DNA of 64,000 nucleotides from Candidatus Doudnabacteria bacterium (GCA_016186915.1 JACPKU010000006.1:173739-237738), one strand, 5' to 3'; positions 19,783 to 31,003 are shown, counted from the stretch's first letter. Notes: generated by a model from the sequence alone, not told the origin. Numbers and translations: made by a program.

Positions 19783-20297
19783 CAGCGCCTACTTGCAGTC
19801 TTCCTGATCGGCATTAAATATTTCCGCGGATCAGAGTCTAAATCCAAATGTTCATCCACCAATTCCCGCATCTTGCTGGAAGTGCTTTTGCCAAAACTTA
19901 CCAGTTCTACCCGCTGTCCCAAAATCTGCAGATATTCCAACAGTGGAATATAATCACCGTCACCGGACGCTAAAATCACAGTATCAAGCTTCGGGATGAG
20001 TTTGATGATATCCATCACAATCCCCACATCCCAGTCACCCTTTTTGGCTCCACCGTAAAAAGACTGCAAATCCTTAAGTCTAACTTCGAACCCGGCTTTC
20101 TTTAAAGCATCGAAAAAGGTGTCTTCTTCCGGCATATTAGCACGTATGCCATAAGCGACCGCCCGCACCAATGGCCTCTCGCCTACCGCCTCTTTCAGCA
20201 CCGCTTCAAACTTTACCCGCGCGTTGTAAACATTGCGCGCCGTGTAATATAAATTCTGCACATCCACAAAAACTCCTACACGTTGTTCTGCTTTCAT
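19782..20297 (-). CDS. NYN (LabA-like) domain protein
   Basis: The sequence VGVFVDVQNLYY...ILASGDGDYIPL matches the NYN/LabA family. Confidence 0.7.
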   Translation of the reverse strand: MKAEQRVGVFVDVQNLYYTARNVYNARVKFEAVLKEAVGERPLVRAVAYGIRANMPEEDTFFDALKKAGFEVRLKDLQSFYGGAKKGDWDVGIVMDIIKLIPKLDTVILASGDGDYIPLLEYLQILGQRVELVSFGKSTSSKMRELVDEHLDLDSDPRKYLMPIRKTASRR

Positions 20298-20309
20298 AAT
20301 ATAAAATAA

Positions 20310-21317
20310 TTAATTATCTAATAATATTTGTTGGTCTTTATTTTTGTCTGAATCAGGAAGCTGGAGAGTGGAAGCGTTGTCTATGCTTGCTTGCAATTTT
20401 ACATAGCCACCACCGACCTTATCCATGGCTAAATTTGTATTCTTAACATGTGTACCAAGCACATCTAAAGCTTTGGCAAATTTATCACTTTCCTGTTTTA
20501 TCCCCGAAATCATAGCCAGTATATCTTTTGCCGCTTTGTTTATTTGCTGTCCTTTGAGTGACACCAAAAAAGTTTGCAATGTAAGATATAAGGTGTTAGG
20601 GCCGACAAAAACCACTTTTTTGTCTCTGGAATACTGTATCACCTCGCTACTGTCCGCAACCTCCATATACACTCCTTCGCTAGGAATAAACATCAAGGCA
20701 AAATCATAAGTGTTTTCTTGCGGTAAAATATATTTTTTATGGATCTCGTCCACTCTTTTTTTAATATCTCGCAAAAAAGTTTTTTTCAAATTCTCAGCCG
20801 CTCCTTCCTCTTTAGCTTCTTTGTAAAGCCGAAAGTTCTCCATACTAAACTTGCTGTCAATTGGGAGAATCTTGTCGCTGATCCAGATAATCGCATCCAC
20901 TGTTTCGCCATTCTTAAATTTATACTGCATTTGATATGCAGTTCGAGGCAAGACTTGTGATATGAGGCTTTCCAGCATTTCTTCCCCAAAATTACCGCGC
21001 ATTTTCGGAGAAGACAAGGTTTCAGTGAGCCTTCGGATATCCGGTCCAATCTGAGACACTCCTCCAAGCTGTTTGGAAAGTTCGGCTATCACTCTACCGG
21101 CATTATCCAAGCGTTCGTTAATGGCTTTGTTGGTCTCGTTGATAGTTTTTTGCACGCTGTCACGAGTGCTGTCTGTGTCTTTTTTTATGTCTCGCATCCA
21201 CTCCATCATCACTTTCACAGACTCATCTTCCTTTGGCTTTGAGCGGACAAAATATATCAAAACACCAAACCCGACTACTATTACCGCTAAAATTACAAAA
21301 ATTAGGGCTTCTGTCAT
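20310..21317 (-). CDS. rmuC: DNA recombination protein RmuC
   Basis: It has an N-terminal transmembrane segment and coiled coil. The C-terminal domain (LPIDSKFSMENF...ALMFIPSEGVY) matches the RmuC family. Confidence 0.75.
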   Translation of the reverse strand: MTEALIFVILAVIVVGFGVLIYFVRSKPKEDESVKVMMEWMRDIKKDTDSTRDSVQKTINETNKAINERLDNAGRVIAELSKQLGGVSQIGPDIRRLTETLSSPKMRGNFGEEMLESLISQVLPRTAYQMQYKFKNGETVDAIIWISDKILPIDSKFSMENFRLYKEAKEEGAAENLKKTFLRDIKKRVDEIHKKYILPQENTYDFALMFIPSEGVYMEVADSSEVIQYSRDKKVVFVGPNTLYLTLQTFLVSLKGQQINKAAKDILAMISGIKQESDKFAKALDVLGTHVKNTNLAMDKVGGGYVKLQASIDNASTLQLPDSDKNKDQQILLDN

Positions 21318-21327
21318 ATAAATTTTC

Positions 21328-21404
21328 TGGCGCTCGCTACGGGATTTGAACCCGTGATCTTCTCCGTGACAGGGAGACGTGTTAGGCCACTACACTAAGC
21401 GAGC
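21328..21404 (-). tRNA. tRNA-Asp (anticodon GTC)
   Basis: The reverse complement is GCTCGCTTAGTGTAGTGGCCTAACACGTCTCCCTGTCACGGAGAAGATCACGGGTTCAAATCCCGTAGCGAGCGCCA. Confidence 0.85.
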
Positions 21405-21408
21405 ATTT

Positions 21409-21485
21409 TGGTAGCAGGGGTGGGAGTCGAACCCACGACCTAGGGCTTATGAGTCCCTCGCTCTAACCAGCTGAGCTACCCTGCC
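21409..21485 (-). tRNA. tRNA with CAT anticodon (elongator Met or Ile2-lysidine type)
   Basis: The reverse complement is GGCAGGGTAGCTCAGCTGGTTAGAGCGAGGGACTCATAAGCCCTAGGTCGTGGGTTCGACTCCCACCCCTGCTACCA. It has a G1-U72 wobble pair. Confidence 0.75.
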
Positions 21486-21504
21486 TTCCTTACTTATTCA
21501 TGAA

Positions 21505-21604
21505 CGAGGCGTTGTTGTAAAACTAGCCTGCGTAGCGCGACGGCGCGAGCAAGCAGCCCGCAAAATCAGCAGATTTTGACCGCCGGTAGCTTTGTCAACA
21601 ATGC
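21505..21604. repeat. About 100 bp structured repeat element, copy a (terminal inverted repeats plus the core hairpin CAAAATCAGCAGATTTTG)
   Basis: It is about 80% identical to the copies at 61791-61893 and 63391-63486 (the last in reverse orientation). It lies between two tRNA genes. Confidence 0.7.
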
Positions 21605-21616
21605 CGAGTGGTTTCT

Positions 21617-21692
21617 TGGTTGCGGGGGGCGGATTCGAACCGCCAACCTCAAGGTTATGAGCCTTGCGAGCTGCCAATTGCTCCACCCCGCG
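21617..21692 (-). tRNA. tRNA-Met (anticodon CAT), probably the initiator (C1:A72 mismatch)
   Basis: The reverse complement is CGCGGGGTGGAGCAATTGGCAGCTCGCAAGGCTCATAACCTTGAGGTTGGCGGTTCGAATCCGCCCCCCGCAACCA. Confidence 0.8.
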
Positions 21693-21773
21693 ACGATAAT
21701 ACTCCCTTCAAAAATTTTCTACAGCACTAGATTTAAAAAACTTTTCTCGTTTTTCCGCTTCTTTTCTAAATTC

Positions 21774-21929
21774 TTATACTTCGTGATAGACAAGTTCCCA
21801 AGGACCTCGTTTTTGTGTGTAGTTTTTATACAAACCTAGTTTATGTTGCTCAACTCTCCTTTCTAAATTATTGGTTGATCCTTTGTATAGAATCCCTTTA
21901 GGGTTTCTAAGTACATAAACATAGTACAT
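21774..21929 (-). CDS. Truncated GIY-YIG nuclease domain ORF (YhbQ/UPF0213-like, about 51 aa)
   Basis: It reads MYYVYVLRNPKGILYKGSTNNLERRVEQHK...LVYHEV. The N-terminal extension shown in the track is a translated degenerate tRNA copy. Confidence 0.5.
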   Translation of the reverse strand: MYYVYVLRNPKGILYKGSTNNLERRVEQHKLGLYKNYTQKRGPWELVYHEV

Positions 21930-21996
21930 AAAATTACTAGAACTGGCGAGCTGCTCCGTCCGCCTCTTGCGGACGGACTCCACCCCGCGACGAATA
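21930..21996 (-). pseudogene. Degenerate partial copy of the tRNA-fMet gene (a 16 nt exact duplicate of its 5' end, TCGTCGCGGGGTGGAG, with the D-loop replaced by a 9 bp hairpin)
   Basis: The exact repeat lies at about 21978-21993 and 21680-21695. The hairpin is TCCGTCCGC-AAGAG-GCGGACGGA. Confidence 0.6.
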
Positions 21997-22135
21997 AAAA
22001 ACAGGTCTTTCGACTGCCTGCCGGCCGGCAGGGATTTCCTACTCGTCCGCCGAAGTCCCGCGAAGCGGGACGAAGGCGGATGTCACGCCCGACTCGGAAT
22101 ACGAAATCCTGTATCTCGTTTATTTTAGCAGATAT
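21997..22135 (-). other. GC-rich, highly structured block (candidate ncRNA or att-site remnant)
   Basis: It contains the hairpin GTCCCGC-TTCG-GCGGGAC, the 16 nt palindrome CCTGCCGGCCGGCAGG and a flanking CCGCC/GGCGG pair. It ends GACCUGUUUUUUAUU. Confidence 0.3.
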
Positions 22136-22192
22136 CATATATAAAATCAAATCAAAACACCTCCCTTGCGGAGGCGCTCTGATTAGAAACGA

Positions 22193-22261
22193 TTAAACTC
22201 GTTTCTTTCTTCGACTGCCACTCTTTTTCTTTTTCGTGGCTCTTTTTCTCTTCTTAGCCAT
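22193..22261 (-). CDS. Possible 22-aa highly basic micro-ORF (MAKKRKRATKKKKSGSRRKKRV) followed by an intrinsic terminator
   Basis: It has an ATG with an upstream AAGGAG at a long spacer. The stop codon is followed by CCUCCGCAAGGGAGG plus a U-rich tract at about 22160-22190. Confidence 0.2.
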   Translation of the reverse strand: MAKKRKRATKKKKSGSRRKKRV

Positions 22262-22393
22262 TTGCGTAAGAAGCTCCTTGCGCCTTACAAAAAATAAAAT
22301 TTGTAAGACTAATAATTTTGCTTTCTATTTTGATTTGACTCCTAGAATTTTATTTCGAGCCAAAACAACTTCAATTTAAGAATAAAGTAAGAA

Positions 22394-23806
22394 TTAAAAC
22401 CTGTCAAGTGACTTTTTTACTTTGTTTAAAAAAATTTTGACATCTTGTTTGGTTTTTATTTTCTCCAAATAAATATTTTTAATGATTTCTTCCTTCACTT
22501 TCCCGATCCTTGGTCCTTGTTCAATTTTTAAATTCTGCATTATTTCTCTTACAGAAAATAATTTATTTATTCGATCCTTCTTCCGTTTAATTAACCCAAG
22601 CCAAATCTGACCCAATCGATAAGCCTTAACCTCTGCCTTAGAAACCTTGTCTTTTCGACTTACTCTGAGAGTGCCCTCGGAATCCGCTTTCCAAAGTTCA
22701 ATCAAGAGTTTAAAGTCCGGATGTAAAGCATATTCCAGTTGTTTTTCTGGATTTAAAGCAGCATAAATCATCATGAGCATATGATTGTCAATTGCCCATT
22801 TAATGCTTTCTTTTGACGTTCGACTGAAACGGTATTTTTCCGCAAATGAGCGAAAAATTTCTGCCGATACTTGCGCATGCCCTTTGGTCGATACTACCCA
22901 GCCTTCATTCTTTAAAACTCTCTTGGCAGTTTTGGGTTTTCCAATATCGTGAAAGATTACGGCATAAGCCAAGTTAAGATCTGGCTCGTCAATTTTTTCT
23001 AGTGCCAACAAAGTATGATTGAACATGTTTCCTTCTAGATGGTAACGTTTGGATTTATGATAAAAAGTCTTGAGCGCTACTAGTTCTGGAATTATAAACT
23101 TGAGCAATCCAAGCTCGTCCAGTAATCGCAGGCCTGCCACTCGGTTACGATCCAAAAGTATTTTATCCAGTTCGTTGCGCACTCGCTCGACAGAAATTCT
23201 GGTTATATATTTTGCGCGAGTCTTGATCGCGGCAAACGAATTTTTTTCCAGTTTGAACTGCAGCTGGGTTGCCAGCCGGACAACGCGAATCAGGCGCAAA
23301 GCGTCTTCGTCTATCCTTTTCTTCGGGTCGCCAATAAACCGCAGTAACTTTAATCTTAAATCCTTGATTCCGCCGGTTGGGTCAGAAATGGCCTTAAGCA
23401 GGGGGTCAAAATACAAGGCGTTAACTGTAAAATCACGCCGTTTAGCGTCGATTAAGTAATCTTTTACAAACTTCACCGAATCTGGGTGCCGACGGTTCGA
23501 ATATCTTCCTTCGTGCCTGAACGTCGTTATTTCAACTGGACTCTTATTAACAATCGCCAAAATAGTGCCGAATTTCTTGCCAACAGTTTTGTATTTTATG
23601 TTCGCTCTTTCCAAAATTCCCTCGACTTGAGACGGGGTAGCGCTTGTCGCAATATCCATATCCTCGCCTCCTCGATTCAGCAGCAAGTTGCGCACAACCC
23701 CGCCAACCCAAAAAGCCTGGTGATTATTAGCCTGTAGCAATTTGATAATTTTGATTCCGGCTCGATCGAGTCTTGTTTTTGCCTTCCAGTTTTTTAAATT
23801 CAACAT
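22394..23806 (-). CDS. cca: CCA-adding enzyme (tRNA nucleotidyltransferase, bacterial type with an HD domain)
   Basis: It has a Pol-beta nucleotidyltransferase N-terminus (GGVVRNLLL...DMDIA), RRDFTVNALYFD, and an HD motif (FHDIGKP). Confidence 0.8.
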   Translation of the reverse strand: MLNLKNWKAKTRLDRAGIKIIKLLQANNHQAFWVGGVVRNLLLNRGGEDMDIATSATPSQVEGILERANIKYKTVGKKFGTILAIVNKSPVEITTFRHEGRYSNRRHPDSVKFVKDYLIDAKRRDFTVNALYFDPLLKAISDPTGGIKDLRLKLLRFIGDPKKRIDEDALRLIRVVRLATQLQFKLEKNSFAAIKTRAKYITRISVERVRNELDKILLDRNRVAGLRLLDELGLLKFIIPELVALKTFYHKSKRYHLEGNMFNHTLLALEKIDEPDLNLAYAVIFHDIGKPKTAKRVLKNEGWVVSTKGHAQVSAEIFRSFAEKYRFSRTSKESIKWAIDNHMLMMIYAALNPEKQLEYALHPDFKLLIELWKADSEGTLRVSRKDKVSKAEVKAYRLGQIWLGLIKRKKDRINKLFSVREIMQNLKIEQGPRIGKVKEEIIKNIYLEKIKTKQDVKIFLNKVKKSLDRF

Positions 23807-23835
23807 AATTATCTACAGTCTATCAAATAACGCGG

Positions 23836-23868
23836 CATTTAAAAACCCCCGCCTTAAGCGGCGGGGGT
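23836..23868 (-). terminator. Intrinsic terminator after the antiporter gene
   Basis: The sequence AAAAACCCCCGCCTTAAGCGGCGGGGGTTTT is a hairpin flanked by A and T runs. Confidence 0.65.
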
Positions 23869-23874
23869 TTTCTG

Positions 23875-25260
23875 CTAATTACGTTTAAGCAGCATGCTTA
23901 GAATTGGTGGGGTAAACAAGGTTGTTATGATAACCATAATTACAATCACCGAAAACACTTCTTCACTTACTACTCCAAGCGAACGACCGATTGTTGCAAA
24001 AATCAAACCTACTTCGCCTCGTGGCACCATACCAAATCCGACTAAATGTTTATTGACATTGCCTGCAGCCAAACCGGAAACGTATTTACCGGCAACCGCA
24101 ATAACCGAAACGCCAAGCGCTACCAATAAAATTTTCGGATCAAACAATGTTTCGAGCCTTACCGTCATACCGGTGTAGACAAAGAAGATTGGGACCAGTA
24201 GCAAGGCTATCGGTTCAATCAATTCTTCGACGTGCTTGTCTGACAGGTGATCTGCAATATGGTGAAGTTTTTTCTTGTGCGGCTCAGGTAGTTTGTCTGC
24301 CTCTTCGAAGATTTCATTAGCTACTTGTGGTTTTCTAAAGAAGCGAAAATGCACTGGGTCCAATACCAGTCCTGCAGCAAATGCTCCCACAATTGGAGCT
24401 AGTCCAATTTGTTCCGCCAGATAGGAAAACACTAGCGCGAAACCCAAGGCAATGGTCATCTTCATGCCCACACCAGTATGGATTCGTGAAAACATGTTGC
24501 ACAATAAGGGCGATGCATACTGCCCAATCACTACAGCGCCCACCAAAAACACAATTGCTTTACCTAGAATTACAGAAACCCCGCCCAAACTCACAGCGCC
24601 CAGAGTCACTAACGCTGATACAACCGCAAGGATTATCAAACCTAACACATCGTCAATAACCGCCGCACCCAGAACAATCTTAGCTTCCGGAATGTTTAGT
24701 TTGCCCAAATCTTTAAATACGCGCGCAGTGATCCCAACGGAAGTCGCAGTCAAAGCGGCCCCCAAAAACAAATATGCGTTTGTGGGTAATCCGGGCAGTA
24801 GCCAAGGCCCAACCACCAGCCAGCCCAGTAAAAATGGCACCACCACACCAATTATCGCCACTGCCAAAGACCTAGGGCCCACTTTCATCATCTCTTTTAT
24901 GTTTGATTCCAAACCAACCTGGAATAAAAGGATAATCACACCGAATTCTGACAAGAACGCGATGATCGGATCTGCTTTAATTGGCTCGAAAAGCGATATG
25001 CCTAGTAACACTAGGTTACCTAGAATCAAACCGATCACCAATTCACCGAGCACTGCTGGCTGCCCTGCTTTTTCTATCAAACTTGCAAGCTTGGCCGAAA
25101 TTAAAATTACAACGATCCAAAGCAGTGTTGATGCGATACTGTGCACTCCCTCAGTAGCATGTCCGCCATCTTCTGCCGCAAACACAACTTGTGTAACAAA
25201 CATCAAAACCCCTACAACAAGCAGAGTGTATACAGCGATACGTAAAACTTTTGTACTCAT
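23875..25260 (-). CDS. Monovalent cation:proton antiporter (CPA family Na+/H+ exchanger)
   Basis: It is a multi-transmembrane protein of 461 aa with Na_H_Exchanger-like blocks (GELVIGLILG, LFLGAALTATS, PRGEVGLIFA). Confidence 0.7.
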   Translation of the reverse strand: MSTKVLRIAVYTLLVVGVLMFVTQVVFAAEDGGHATEGVHSIASTLLWIVVILISAKLASLIEKAGQPAVLGELVIGLILGNLVLLGISLFEPIKADPIIAFLSEFGVIILLFQVGLESNIKEMMKVGPRSLAVAIIGVVVPFLLGWLVVGPWLLPGLPTNAYLFLGAALTATSVGITARVFKDLGKLNIPEAKIVLGAAVIDDVLGLIILAVVSALVTLGAVSLGGVSVILGKAIVFLVGAVVIGQYASPLLCNMFSRIHTGVGMKMTIALGFALVFSYLAEQIGLAPIVGAFAAGLVLDPVHFRFFRKPQVANEIFEEADKLPEPHKKKLHHIADHLSDKHVEELIEPIALLLVPIFFVYTGMTVRLETLFDPKILLVALGVSVIAVAGKYVSGLAAGNVNKHLVGFGMVPRGEVGLIFATIGRSLGVVSEEVFSVIVIMVIITTLFTPPILSMLLKRN

Positions 25261-25299
25261 ATCTTAAATTAGTTAATTATTATCGCGCTTACAAAAAGC

Positions 25300-25330
25300 A
25301 CTGAGAAAAAGGCACTTCGCACGCCTTTTG
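25300..25330 (-). terminator. Intrinsic terminator at the end of the atp operon
   Basis: The minus strand reads GCAAAAGGCGUGCGAAGUGCCUUUUUCUC. Confidence 0.5.
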
Positions 25331-25346
25331 CCCAACGCTTTTTAGT

Positions 25347-25778
25347 TTATGTTTCTATGTTGGCTCGCTTTCTACTTTTATGCTTGCGCGCTACCTTCAG
25401 TCTTGCCAAATGTTTTTCCAAACTTGCCGCGGCATCGGCAAAAACTTTCTCGTCTTTGTAAGATTCTTGCATTAATTTTTGCGCCTTTTCCCGCGCTTGC
25501 TCTGCTCTTTCCAAATCAACTTCATGTCCAAACTCCGCGGTGTCTGCAAGCACTACCAATTGGTTATCCGGCTTCACTTCTATCACGCCGTTAGACACGG
25601 CAAACACTTCTTCTTCGTTTCCAGTTTTTAGCCTAATCTCCCCGGCAACCAAATTTGAAATCAACGGCAAGTGGTGACTTAACACGGTAATCTCGCCAGT
25701 TTGCGTGGGAAGTGTTATAGAATCTGCGTCTTTTTCCAGGACGACGCGTTCGGGTGTGATTAGCTTGAAGTGAATCAT
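25347..25778 (-). CDS. atpC: F1Fo ATP synthase epsilon subunit
   Basis: Sequence similarity to epsilon subunits; 143 aa. Confidence 0.8.
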   Translation of the reverse strand: MIHFKLITPERVVLEKDADSITLPTQTGEITVLSHHLPLISNLVAGEIRLKTGNEEEVFAVSNGVIEVKPDNQLVVLADTAEFGHEVDLERAEQAREKAQKLMQESYKDEKVFADAAASLEKHLARLKVARKHKSRKRANIET

Positions 25779-25862
25779 ACGATTAGTTCTAAGTTCTTTG
25801 GTTCTAAGTTCTAAGTTTATAAAATTTAGGCAGCTTTATGAACTCAGAACTTTACAAGCTTT

Positions 25863-28138
<2,276 letters not shown>

Positions 28139-28153
28139 ATTAATTTTAATTAG

Positions 28154-28250
28154 CCTTCGACTCGCTTCGCTTGCTCAGGAAACGTCTGACGTTTCCTGAA
28201 ACGTCAGACGTTTCAGACAACAGAAGTTGATCCCGCAGCGAAGTCGAAGG
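28154..28250. repeat. Intergenic structured element between atpA and atpG: two tandem 19 bp palindromes (GGAAACGTC-T-GACGTTTCC and TGAAACGTC-A-GACGTTTCA) enclosed by a 14 bp outer inverted repeat
   Basis: It is directly visible. The outer arms are CCTTCGACTCGCTTCGCT and AGCGAAGTCGAAGG. Confidence 0.6.
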
Positions 28251-28256
28251 GTCAAC

Positions 28257-29750
28257 TTACACATAACTTTTCTTAAATTCTTGGATGGCTTTTTTCAACT
28301 CCCCCTCAACTTCCTTTTCGAAATCTTTGGCCGACTCGATCTTGCTTAATACCTTCTTGAATTGCAAATCCATAAACTTATGAAACTTATTCTCCCAGTC
28401 TTTGACATTTTCCAGAGCCACGTCATCAAGATACCCCTGTGTTGCTGCGTAAATCACCGCCACTTGATGAGCTACTGGCATTGGCTGGTATTGATTCTGC
28501 TTCAAAATTTCTGTAATGCGTTTGCCTAACTCAATGCGGGCTCGAGTTTGTGGATCGAGGTCAGAAGCAAACTGCGCAAATGCCGCCAGTTCGCGAAACT
28601 GGGCTAAATCCAAGCGCAATTTACCTGCCACTTTTTTCAAGGATTTAATTTGCGCCGCTGAACCCACGCGCGATACAGACAACCCGACATTCAGCGCCGG
28701 CCGAATGCCTTGATAAAACAAATCTGACTCCAAGTAAATCTGTCCGTCCGTAATAGAGATCACATTGGTGGGAATATAAGCCGAAACGTCGCCTGCCTGA
28801 GTTTCAATGATTGGCAAGGCCGTCAGTGACCCGTTTCCTTTTTCCTTGCTCATTTTGGCCGCGCGCTCTAGCAACCTGGAATGTAGATAAAACACATCGC
28901 CTGGATATGCTTCGCGCCCAGGAGGACGTCGAAGCAGTAAAGAAATTTCTCGATAGGCAACCGCGTGCTTGGATAAATCGTCGTATACCACCAAGGCGTC
29001 TTTGCCTTGATCCATAAAATATTCGCCAATCGCCGCCCCGGCAAAAGGCGCGATAAATGAAAGCGCGGCCGGATCCGAGGCGCCTGCCACAACAATCACG
29101 GTGTGATTAAGGGCGTCGTTCTTCTCAAGCTCGGCCACGATCCTGGCCACTTTGGATTCTTTCTGTCCGATGGCCACGTATATGCAGACGACTCCTTTAT
29201 CTTTTTGATTGATGATCGTATCAATCGCAATCGCGGTTTTGCCGGTCTGTCGGTCTCCAATAATTAATTCGCGCTGGCCACGGCCGATTGGAATCATGGC
29301 GTCAATTGCCTTGATCCCGGTTTGCAGCGGTTGATGCACGGATTGCCGTTCTATCACACCAGGAGCGATCTTTTCTATCGGATAATTAGCAACCGTTTTA
29401 ATCACGCCCTTATTATCAATTGCCTGGCCCAAAGGGTTAACTACGCGCCCAACCACACCCTGGCCTACTGGAATAGCCAGTATTTTGCCTGTGGATTTAA
29501 CTTTATCGCCTTGTTTAATGTGATTGTATTCGCCAAGCAAAATTACGCCAATCGAATCCTGCTCCAAGTTCAAGGCCACGCCGAACGTGCCTTCGGGGAA
29601 TTCCAACATCTCGGAAGCTCTCGCGTTCGAAAGACCCGAAACCCTGGCAATCCCGTCGCCCACGTAAGACACGGTCCCTACGGTTTCGGCTCTGGCGCTC
29701 AAATCAGCGGCCTCGATCTTCTTTTTCAATTGTTCTAAAATATTCGACAT
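28257..29750 (-). CDS. atpA: F1Fo ATP synthase alpha subunit
   Basis: It has a Walker A (GDRQTGKTA). Confidence 0.9.
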   Translation of the reverse strand: MSNILEQLKKKIEAADLSARAETVGTVSYVGDGIARVSGLSNARASEMLEFPEGTFGVALNLEQDSIGVILLGEYNHIKQGDKVKSTGKILAIPVGQGVVGRVVNPLGQAIDNKGVIKTVANYPIEKIAPGVIERQSVHQPLQTGIKAIDAMIPIGRGQRELIIGDRQTGKTAIAIDTIINQKDKGVVCIYVAIGQKESKVARIVAELEKNDALNHTVIVVAGASDPAALSFIAPFAGAAIGEYFMDQGKDALVVYDDLSKHAVAYREISLLLRRPPGREAYPGDVFYLHSRLLERAAKMSKEKGNGSLTALPIIETQAGDVSAYIPTNVISITDGQIYLESDLFYQGIRPALNVGLSVSRVGSAAQIKSLKKVAGKLRLDLAQFRELAAFAQFASDLDPQTRARIELGKRITEILKQNQYQPMPVAHQVAVIYAATQGYLDDVALENVKDWENKFHKFMDLQFKKVLSKIESAKDFEKEVEGELKKAIQEFKKSYV

Positions 29751-29751
29751 C

Positions 29752-30150
29752 TCATTCCTTTAGATTATTTTTTAGCTGATTGAGTGAATTTTTAACCGTA
29801 GCGTCGATTACCATATCATCCACCTGGACTAAAACACCTCCAATTAAACTTCCATCAATCTGCTTTGTGATCTCTATCTTTCCCTGGACAAGCTTGTTTA
29901 AACTCTCGACTACCTGTTTTTCATTTTCCCGAGAAATGGGCTTAGCGCTGGTAACCTTTGCCTGCTTGACCCCTCGCCCTGCCAGTTCCAGTTTATGAAA
30001 TTCTTCCACGATAGATTCATATAGATGCAGAACATTATTTTCCAGAAGCACTGCCACGAAATTATCCAAAACCTTGTCCGTATTATCTGGATTAGTGGTC
30101 TCCAACACTTCGTAAAGCGTGCAGGCTAATTGTTTGGCGGTATAACGCAT
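29752..30150 (-). CDS. atpH: F1Fo ATP synthase delta (OSCP) subunit, short form
   Basis: The C-terminal block [17 protein letters not shown] identifies it. It is 132 aa. Confidence 0.7.
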   Translation of the reverse strand: MRYTAKQLACTLYEVLETTNPDNTDKVLDNFVAVLLENNVLHLYESIVEEFHKLELAGRGVKQAKVTSAKPISRENEKQVVESLNKLVQGKIEITKQIDGSLIGGVLVQVDDMVIDATVKNSLNQLKNNLKE

Positions 30151-30716
30151 TATTTTACTTTTTTTATGCTTTCTTTAATCAGGGCATGATCCTTAACCGG
30201 ATCCAGCTTGCTGTTCAAAATTTTCTCGCTGGCCGCTACCACCAAAGTCGCCACCTCTTGTTTGACTTCTTTGACCATCTGATCCTTCTCTGCTGCAATA
30301 GTGCTTTTGGCTTGTTCCAATATTTTTTCCGACTGCTTTTGGGCTTCAAAAATGGTTTCCTGCTTAATCTTGTTGGCCGTATCAGTGGCCTGGCGCAGCA
30401 CTTCGTCTGCTGTCACTCTCGCTTTTTTCAGCTCCTCCATTTTCCAGGCATCGAATTTTTTCCGGTCTTCCTCTGCTTTTTCCGCTTTTTTTAAGCCGCT
30501 TTCAATCCGCTCTTGGCGCTCAGTTAAGGTTTGACCCAACGGCTTCACAATCCATTTCCAGAACACAAACAGCACAATCCCAAAATTAATCAACTGGGCC
30601 AAGAACAGCTTCCAGTTGATTCCCAGCGTGCCTAAAACGCCCCCGCTTGCTTCTTCGGCGTGAGTAGTTTCCTGGGCCACTTCCGTAGCGGCTAAAATGA
30701 TTGAAGATAAATCCAT
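30150..30716 (-). CDS. atpF: F1Fo ATP synthase subunit b
   Basis: It has an N-terminal transmembrane segment followed by a long charged helix. Confidence 0.75.
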   Translation of the reverse strand: MDLSSIILAATEVAQETTHAEEASGGVLGTLGINWKLFLAQLINFGIVLFVFWKWIVKPLGQTLTERQERIESGLKKAEKAEEDRKKFDAWKMEELKKARVTADEVLRQATDTANKIKQETIFEAQKQSEKILEQAKSTIAAEKDQMVKEVKQEVATLVVAASEKILNSKLDPVKDHALIKESIKKVK

Positions 30717-30784
30717 AAAATTAACGTAGAGCGTACAGCGTGGAGCGTATAGTCCTAAACGCTATACGCTACACCCTAAACGCT

Positions 30785-31003
30785 TTACAGAATAAACGTA
30801 ATCACCAAGGCGTAGATCGCAATCGCTTCCGCAAACGCCATGCCCAAAAGCATGGGCACGAACAGTTTGTCTGCGGATTCTGGGTTGCGGCCAATGGATT
30901 CCATGGCTTTGGAAGCGGTTTTACCAATCGCCCAAGCTGGCAGAATACCACCAATGGCAATAGTCATTCCTTTGACCAGCGTTTCCATCATTTCCGGGGT
31001 CAT
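30785..31003 (-). CDS. atpE: F1Fo ATP synthase subunit c
   Basis: It is a 72 aa two-helix hairpin with the conserved carboxylate context (AFAEAIAIYALV). Confidence 0.85.
   Translation of the reverse strand: MTPEMMETLVKGMTIAIGGILPAWAIGKTASKAMESIGRNPESADKLFVPMLLGMAFAEAIAIYALVITFIL

Noticed and set aside
21498-22150. Track ORFs 21498-21686, 21576-21839 and 21863-22150, and the N-terminal 18 residues of the GIY-YIG ORF.
   Set aside because: They overlap tRNA-fMet, its degenerate copy or the GC-rich structured block. They have no coding features.
24452-25267. Long antisense ORFs inside real genes (24452-25267, 43310-44005, 55461-56471, 9893-10492, 16325-16747, 26019-26438 and others).
   Set aside because: They lie opposite strongly supported genes (antiporter, murD, VirD4-like, gyrB, helicase, atpD). 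They have biased low-complexity composition and no homology pattern.
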